IMG/VR virus record: IMGVR_UViG_3300042876_000902
Location: 1-64,000 of that record
Reading direction: 5' to 3' (one strand)
DNA: 64,000 nt
From: a virus
The position numbers and the translations under genes are program-made. Below are positions 57,872 through 64,000 of the stretch, one piece after another. Numbering within the stretch: position 1 is the first letter of the stretch; each line of letters opens with the position of its first letter. A model generated the notes under the pieces. The model had not been told where the DNA came from and ran no database searches. It saw only the letters and a list, made by a program, of their open reading frames with translations.

Positions 57872-58409
57872 GTCACTCCTCCTTGATATACCGTACCTTC
57901 GCCAGGTTCCACGCTTCGTTCCACAGCTCCGCGTCCGCCTCCTCCACCGGGCGGGCGTGCCTGCGGAGGACGATGGTGAACGCCTCGTCCATCGCCATGT
58001 TGGCGTCGCAGAAGTCGTGCGAGTGGCAGACGTTGGGGTCGGGCTCCGCTGCGTTCCGCCTCGCGACCGCCTTCCACTCGGCGTCGGTCAGCCACTCCTT
58101 GAGCACTCCGGCGAACGCAGCAGCGAGCCGCTCGACGGTGGTCATGCCCCTAACCACCATTCCGCATCGAGCCTTCGGCGAAGTCGATGAGCAGCCTGGC
58201 GAGGCTGAGCGCGCCCTTCGGGTCGAGCGGGACCGTCCCGAGGTGACGCTCGTCGAACCGCTTGTCGGTCCCGAGGTCGTGGATACGCCCGGCCGGGTCC
58301 TCGATCCGCTGCGCGAGGACCAGCTCGACCACGTTGCGCTTGCCGGACGGGTAGTGGAGCTGCCAGATCGTGTTCGTCTTCGTCGTCTTCATCGTCGTTC
58401 TCCTTGTGA

Positions 58410-58820
58410 CTACGTCGTCCAATACCACGACCGCTCGCCCCGCGCCCTGCGCAGCTGCCCCTCCGCCCGCCGCGACGAGATGCGGTCACGGACCGTCCCC
58501 GCGTCCGCCTTCCCCGACTGCCGGAGGTCGATGAACTTCTGGAGCATCTTCGCCCGGCGCTTCGTCACGTACACCCGGACCGTCCGGAGGACGTGGGGCC
58601 CGGCGCCGACGCGGCAGAGGTGCCCGTCGAGCGTGACCGCGTACGTCCTCGCGGCGTACCCGTGCCTGCGGCTCGCCGCGATGAGGAGCGTCGGGATCAC
58701 CCACCCGAGCCGGTCGCAGTACCACAGGTCGAACTGCGCGGTGCACGGGTACTTCATCTTGAGGTCGCTCTCGAGCACGCCATCCGGCAGCGCGGGCTTC
58801 GTCGTCGTCTTCGTTGTCAT
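58410..58820 (-). CDS. Hypothetical basic protein
   Basis: GAGGAG RBS, MTTKTTTK start. Confidence 0.6.
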   Translation of the reverse strand: MTTKTTTKPALPDGVLESDLKMKYPCTAQFDLWYCDRLGWVIPTLLIAASRRHGYAARTYAVTLDGHLCRVGAGPHVLRTVRVYVTKRRAKMLQKFIDLRQSGKADAGTVRDRISSRRAEGQLRRARGERSWYWTT

Positions 58821-59239
58821 CTTCGTCTCCTCAGCGCGGCCTACGACGCCGCGCGCTCCGCCTTCGGGTTGTCGATGTACTGGAACGTCACGTCGGTCGG
58901 CTTGAGGCAGCAGTTCACCCCGACGAAGATCACCTTCGAGTAGTTCCACATCCTGGCGTGCCGCTCGAAGACCGCCACCGTCTTGAAGTAGCCCCACTTC
59001 CCGCAGCGTTCGCATTTGCTCGGCATGACATCCTCCTACGGGTTCGGGTCCCAGCCTGCGGCGCGCTCCGAGGCTCGCACGTCCTCGTCGAGCCTCGGCG
59101 CCGGGTCGACGGCGCAGGCGCCGACGATGCCCGGGATCTCGTGATGATTGTGCCCGCAGCCGCAGTGGTCCAGCTCGCAGTCGTTCGGCCGACGGCAGCG
59201 GAGCTTCCTCGCGTCGTGTTTGTTCATCATGACATCCTC

Positions 59240-59989
59240 CTAGTGAGTCTTCCGGAGCATCTGGCGGACCGGCTCCGCGACGACCTCGTAGTTGCGGCCG
59301 GGCCTGAGCTCACCGACCACCGACCCGTCGACGATGCCCGCCGTGACCATCCCGGCCAGGAGCTTCATCCCGTCGATGCCCTTCTCCTCCACCGCGAGGT
59401 AGATGGAAGACGCGACGCAGGGGATCCCGTGCGCGATGCACTCGTCCATCGTGGCGACGACTGCGAGGACGACCGTGCGGAAGTGGTCGCTCTCGGGCCC
59501 GCGCTCGACGACAGGCGGGGTCGTCTCACGATAGGTGTCGACCGCGTCCCAGAACAGCCTGCCGTGACTGCGGATCAGCTGGGCACCGACCTCGTTGTAC
59601 GGGACCGTCTGCGGGAACTTCCCGCCGACGATGGTCTGGTGGGCGTACCGGATCTCGGCGAGCGACACCTGCTCGGAGCGGTGCTTCCACTCGTGGTCGG
59701 CCCGGCGCTCCTCGGCCGTGCGGCCGTCGCCGTCCTTGAAGGTGATGTCGCAGCCCTTCCGGCAGTGGACGACGTTCTCGACCACGTGCCACAGCTCGTC
59801 GCGCCACTCGATGAGCCCGGCACGCTCCATCTCGCGGAGGCTCGCCCGCGTCCCGGCCTTCGCCTCCTCGGCGGTCTTCGGCCCGTCGATGAGGCGGCCG
59901 TAGACCTTGAACTCTCCGGCCGTCGGCTTCCGGCCCAGCTTCTCGGTGAGCAGCTTCATCATCGCATCCGTCTTCGTCGTCTTGGCCAT
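59240..59989 (-). CDS. Hypothetical protein
   Basis: GGGAG RBS, MAKTTKT start. Confidence 0.6.
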   Translation of the reverse strand: MAKTTKTDAMMKLLTEKLGRKPTAGEFKVYGRLIDGPKTAEEAKAGTRASLREMERAGLIEWRDELWHVVENVVHCRKGCDITFKDGDGRTAEERRADHEWKHRSEQVSLAEIRYAHQTIVGGKFPQTVPYNEVGAQLIRSHGRLFWDAVDTYRETTPPVVERGPESDHFRTVVLAVVATMDECIAHGIPCVASSIYLAVEEKGIDGMKLLAGMVTAGIVDGSVVGELRPGRNYEVVAEPVRQMLRKTH

Positions 59990-60004
59990 CGTCGTCTCCC
60001 TCAC

Positions 60005-60340
60005 CTACTTCGTGGTCTCCGCTCCGATCCGCAGCCGGTCGCACGTCGACCGGGTCTCGCGGGCCTTCGACTCCTCCGCCGTGCGCGCCGGACCCTCCGG
60101 GCAGACGCAGTAGGCGTCGGCCCCGCAGTACAAGCACCCGCCGTCGCGCGGGTCCTCGGGCATCGTGAAGTTCTTGAAGAGCAGCGTCTTGCTGTTGTGA
60201 ACCAGCTCCGCCGCAGCCTTGAGGCAGGTGGCGCAGACGTTCACGACCTTCGTCGACTCCGTCGCGAACTTCACGTCGTGTCTCTTGCAGAGTGCCATGC
60301 CGTTGGCCTGGAGGTGCCTCTTCGTCGTCCTCGTCGTCAT
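60005..60340 (-). CDS. First ORF of early cluster, Cys-rich
   Basis: MTTRTTKR start; CATC, CLYC, CVC. Confidence 0.6.
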   Translation of the reverse strand: MTTRTTKRHLQANGMALCKRHDVKFATESTKVVNVCATCLKAAAELVHNSKTLLFKNFTMPEDPRDGGCLYCGADAYCVCPEGPARTAEESKARETRSTCDRLRIGAETTK

Positions 60341-61201
60341 ATGCAGTCTCTCCGCACGCCGCGCTCGCGCCCGCGACGTATTAGAAGGATCGCGCGATCT
60401 ATGGATCGCGCGCGCGCGAGACGTCGTCGGACACCCCGAGCCACAACCGCCCGTGGTCGCATCCAGGCACCGTCATCGGTGTGGGTCGGGGTGTCCGACG
60501 GCGGGGCGAGTCGTTGTCACTCGCCCTTCACCGTCACCGCTTCCAAGGTCACCTTTCGGTTTCCACGCTCGGCCTCACGTTGACGAGGACTGGGGTCGCA
60601 CCCGGTGAAGTTCCCGGATCCCAGTGTCGTTAGGGAGGAGTCTCACTCTCCTCCACCGCAACGCTCAGCTACCGCGCTCCTTGGCCATCGACTTCAGGGA
60701 CGTCCTCTCACGTTCCGCCGGGACCGACCCGGCCGCCCTCGCGCGTTCCTTTCTTCTCCCGCCCGCCCGACCGTGTACGTAAGGGCATCGCCGCTGTGGG
60801 CTTGACGCTCGGTCGCTCGTGAGTGGGGTGAAGAGGGGCGTGCCTGGTGGGCACGCCGCGCTCGTCGAAGGACACGTTCTCGCTCGTGCCCGCGCCCCGT
60901 GTCGTGGGGAGACGCCGCAGTCCGCGGTATGGCGCCGTACGCTCCGGCGTTCGCCACCCGGCCCCACAAGCTGGGGTCCACCGGTGGCTATCTCGGGGTT
61001 AGTGGCTCGGCGGACGGGAGGGCACTCCATTTCGCGCTCTCTCCCGGGTCCGCAGCGGATGTCTTTCGCCTCGCACTCGGACCGTACTAGCCACACAGGC
61101 TTAAGGTCCCTTCGCATTCCGCACTAGGTGCGGTGAGGTTACTCGGCCGCTTCGCGGTCGCCCCGACCGGCCCCCCGACCTATCCCGGGACCGGCGATCC
61201 G

Positions 61202-61232
61202 ACTCTAGCGGGATCGTGAGTACACCGGTCAA
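61202..61232 (-). promoter_or_regulatory. Candidate promoter facing the early cluster
   Basis: TTGACC-19bp-TAGAGT with upstream A5 tract; spacer is longer than optimal. Confidence 0.35.
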
Positions 61233-61324
61233 GTCTTTTTCAGGTTCCCTCGAAGGTACTGCCTCCTTCGGGGGAGGCGGGCGAGCGCTCCCCCGAAGGA
61301 GTCATGCGCATCACGCGCGGGCGC

Positions 61325-62128
61325 CTACGCGCGGCGGAGCACCCACGCGCAGTTGCTCGATGCCTGCGGGTACTTCGGCGCGAGGAAGTTGGCGAGCACC
61401 TCCCACGGATACCAGGTCAGCAGCTCCTCCACGAGCTTGCGCTCGTCGGGCGTCATCACCTTCTTCATCGCGTTCGCGGTCATGAAGGTGCCGTGGACGC
61501 GCTCGACCCGGAGCCCGACCGACTCGATGTAGTATCGCAGCTCGTCGAAGCGGTACTCGTGGATGTGGTTCGCCGCCATGTGCTTCTCGTTGTAGACGGG
61601 CGTCGAGAGGAGCGCCGTGCCGTCCGGCTTCAGCACGCCGCGGATCCCCTGAAGCAGCTTGATGCCGTCGGTGACCCCCATGTGCTCGATCGCCTCGAAG
61701 CAGGTGACGAGGTCGAACGGTCCCGGCGCCCGCGCTGCGCGCTCGGTCCCGTCAGAGAGGAGCGGTTTCATCAGCTCCTTCCACCGGCTCGTGAAGTCGA
61801 ACTCGTCAAACACTCGAGTCCACGCGATGCCCGGCTTCTTCGGGATGCGGTCGACGTCGACCCCGACGTACAGCTCGGGGACCGTCGTCAGCGTGTGGAG
61901 CAGCACCTTCGGCATCATGACGTCCGGGCCACAGCCGACGTCGAGGACCCGCATCCCCTGCCGGACGAAGCGGACCGCGTAACTCCACCGGAACCAGTGG
62001 GCGGCGTAGTCCCGGTGGACGTACTTCCCGTGCACCCCGCCCTCGCGGAGCGAGGTGGAGTCGAAGCGCCGCGCCTCACGCTTCGTCGACGGGTGAGGCT
62101 TCGGCGCTGGCCAGCTCTTCTTGCTCAT
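61325..62128 (-). CDS. Class I SAM-dependent methyltransferase (non-DNA-type motifs)
   Basis: H..R, RVLDVGCG, YVGVD, FDLVTCFEAIEH, LKPDG..LLSTP, NHIHEY. Confidence 0.88.
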   Translation of the reverse strand: MSKKSWPAPKPHPSTKREARRFDSTSLREGGVHGKYVHRDYAAHWFRWSYAVRFVRQGMRVLDVGCGPDVMMPKVLLHTLTTVPELYVGVDVDRIPKKPGIAWTRVFDEFDFTSRWKELMKPLLSDGTERAARAPGPFDLVTCFEAIEHMGVTDGIKLLQGIRGVLKPDGTALLSTPVYNEKHMAANHIHEYRFDELRYYIESVGLRVERVHGTFMTANAMKKVMTPDERKLVEELLTWYPWEVLANFLAPKYPQASSNCAWVLRRA

Positions 62129-62718
62129 CGGATCTCTCCCCACTGCTTGGCCATCGCCTTGGCGATGCCAGGGTACGTGCGGCTCCTCTGCTTCCACCGG
62201 TCCGGCGAGGGCGACGCCCACGACCCCGGGCAGGTGGACACCCCTGCGTAGTACGGCCTCTGGAAGCTCACCTCGACCACCCGGCTCGGCTTCAGGTGCG
62301 GGAGGTTCACGAGCCAGAGGCACGTCTTCTTCGTCTCGCCGTGCCCGTGCTGCCACGGCTGGATGACCTGGTCGGGTGGCCTCACCGCCTTGGAGAGGAT
62401 GCCGACCGGGTTCTCGAGTGCGATGCGCGGCACCGGGGCGGCGAGCAGCTCCTCCACGAAGGCGATGGCCTCCTGCTGCTCGCCGCTCCGGCGCTTCGCC
62501 GCCCACCACCGCGCCCCGGACGCGGCGAGGTGGGTGCACGGAGGGAACGCGACCATCAGGTCCCACCGCCCGCGCTTCAGCTGCCGCCGGACGTCCCCGA
62601 TGATGTGAGGCCCCGGCGCCTCGCTCGGGAGGAGGTCGCAGGAGACGGCCTCGTGCCCGCGGGCGATGAACGCGTCGCGGACGCGACCGGAGAATTCGCA
62701 GGCCACGAGGACGCGCAT
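62125..62718 (-). CDS. Short DNA cytosine-C5 methyltransferase-like protein
   Basis: RVLVACEFSG, WDLMVAFPPCT (motif IV), ALENPV (motif VI), AKAMAKQW. Confidence 0.8.
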   Translation of the reverse strand: MRVLVACEFSGRVRDAFIARGHEAVSCDLLPSEAPGPHIIGDVRRQLKRGRWDLMVAFPPCTHLAASGARWWAAKRRSGEQQEAIAFVEELLAAPVPRIALENPVGILSKAVRPPDQVIQPWQHGHGETKKTCLWLVNLPHLKPSRVVEVSFQRPYYAGVSTCPGSWASPSPDRWKQRSRTYPGIAKAMAKQWGEIR

Positions 62719-63918
62719 CTAGGCCGCCGCGCCCACGTCGACGAGCATCGAGCGCGACGTCGGGCAGAGGTTGAGGACGTCCCCGTGGCTCACCTTGTGG
62801 GTGGCCTTGCGGACCTGGCCGGTGACGTTGCTCGAGAGCGTCTCGCAGACCCAGCGGGCGACCGCGGGGACCACGCCCTTCGAGAGGTACATCCGGAACT
62901 GCCCGTGGGTCGAGCCCGGCCACGCGTAGTCGTCGGGGAAGCCCATGATGCGGTTGTACTCCTCGCGGACGAGCGGCCGGTCCGTCCCGCCGATGCTCCA
63001 CCAGGCCCCGGCGAGGACCGTCGGTGCCATCCCCTCGGGGTCCATGATGCGCAGGACGTTGGTCACGTACGGCGCCCGCTCGCAGAGGGCGCGGACGACG
63101 GCCGCGGGCGTGCCCTTCTCGAGCTTGATGCCGGTCTTCGACACCCCGCCGCCGATGCTGTCGAGCTTGCCGGTCCGCTTCAGCTCCTTGTTGATGATGG
63201 CGAGCATCGTCCCGTAGCCCTGCTCCCCGAGCATCGCGGCGTCGGCGAACTTCTTGCCGAACTGCGCCTTGAGCTTCGCCCGCTGACGCTCGAACGCCTC
63301 GACGTCGCGCTCGATCGGCGTGCCGCCCTTCTTCATCAGGATGCTGCCGACCGTCGCGAGCTGCGGACGGTGGACGACGTGCAGCTCGCGGTTCGGGAGG
63401 ACGCCCTTGCGGACGAACAGCGCCCAGAAGCGCTGGCGCCACTGCGGGTTGCCGAAGGTGACCGCGTTCTGCTGGATGCGGAAGAGGTCGTACCCGCGCG
63501 CCGCGAACTTGTCGTGGACCGAGCGTGCGCCCTCCAACGCCCCGGGGACCGACTCGACCGCGATGGCGAGTGCCTTGTTCCCCATCGCGTAGTTGAGCAC
63601 GTTGATGGTGCAGGCGAAGGCGTCGGAGTCGAGGCCGACCTTGGTCTTGCCGTCGGCCGACTTCTGCCACCGCGGCGTCATCAGCGAGAACGCTGAGCAC
63701 GGCGGATGCGCCATGACGATGCTGTCGCTGAGGTCCAGCTTCTTCGGCCACTGGTCCCTGGTGTCGTGGTACGTGAGCTTCGGGAAGTTGGCCTTCTGGA
63801 TGTTGATCCCGAAGGCACTGTCTTCCATCGAGGCGACGATCTCGTGCTTCGCCTGGGTGACGCCCTGCACGATGCTGCCCGCGTAACTGTTGATGATGAG
63901 AACGCTCGGCTTGCCCAT
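62719..63918 (-). CDS. Divergent DNA cytosine-C5 methyltransferase-like protein
   Basis: NSYAG (motif I-like), HPPCSAFS, VESV, Q.RQRF, R...RIMGFPDDY, KGVVP. Confidence 0.75.
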   Translation of the reverse strand: MGKPSVLIINSYAGSIVQGVTQAKHEIVASMEDSAFGINIQKANFPKLTYHDTRDQWPKKLDLSDSIVMAHPPCSAFSLMTPRWQKSADGKTKVGLDSDAFACTINVLNYAMGNKALAIAVESVPGALEGARSVHDKFAARGYDLFRIQQNAVTFGNPQWRQRFWALFVRKGVLPNRELHVVHRPQLATVGSILMKKGGTPIERDVEAFERQRAKLKAQFGKKFADAAMLGEQGYGTMLAIINKELKRTGKLDSIGGGVSKTGIKLEKGTPAAVVRALCERAPYVTNVLRIMDPEGMAPTVLAGAWWSIGGTDRPLVREEYNRIMGFPDDYAWPGSTHGQFRMYLSKGVVPAVARWVCETLSSNVTGQVRKATHKVSHGDVLNLCPTSRSMLVDVGAAA

Positions 63919-64000
63919 GTGTCAGACTCCCTCTTGGTCGGGGACCGGCTGGCCGTAGACCTCGCCGGTCCGTTCGTCACGGAACACCGCGCAGACCATC

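Larger units (their letters stand above)
45109..60340 (-). other. Cluster of about 35 tightly packed small leftward ORFs (early/accessory genes)
   Basis: Consecutive short ORFs with GGAG(G) RBS and ATGA/GTGA overlaps; mostly unrecognisable, many with CxxC pairs. Confidence 0.8.

Noticed and set aside
60345-61200. tRNA genes or ORFs 60665-61117 / 60819-61127 in the large intergenic region
   Set aside because: No T-loop GTTCRA cloverleaf seen; the ORFs lack an RBS and the genome's codon style.
1-64000. Lysogeny module, diversity-generating retroelement, introns/inteins, genome termini
   Set aside because: No integrase, repressor, reverse transcriptase or splicing motifs recognised. The genome continues past the window (no primase seen), so lifestyle and ends cannot be called.

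Overview
This window is most of a GC-rich tailed dsDNA phage genome with siphovirus-type organisation. No host genes, tRNA, rRNA, CRISPR array, integrase or repressor were recognised. The + strand (about 0.1-30.5 kb) is the virion and lysis operon: terminase, HK97-type portal, ClpP-like protease, capsid, neck, tail tube, tail chaperone with a -1 frameshift site, tape measure, GTA/lambda-like tail tip, M15 endolysin, holin and a spanin-like gene. The - strand (30.6-64 kb) carries nucleotide metabolism, replication (family A polymerase, SNF2-like helicase, Cas4-like exonuclease, VRR-NUC, ATP ligase), four methyltransferase-like genes and about 35 small early-type ORFs. The strongest candidate new system is a roughly 7.2 kb island inserted between the tape measure and distal-tail genes. 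It encodes two multidomain glycosyltransferase/methyltransferase enzymes (3 GT and 2 MT domains) beside mucin-like Thr/Ser/Pro-repeat proteins. Similar poly-Thr tags sit on a head-fibre protein and the tail tube, which suggests a phage-encoded O-glycosylation 'mucin coat'. The second candidate is a cytosine-modification pathway: a thymidylate-synthase homolog with the dCMP-specifying Asp, present alongside a separate ThyX. All product calls come from motif recognition and gene order by eye; no database searches were run.
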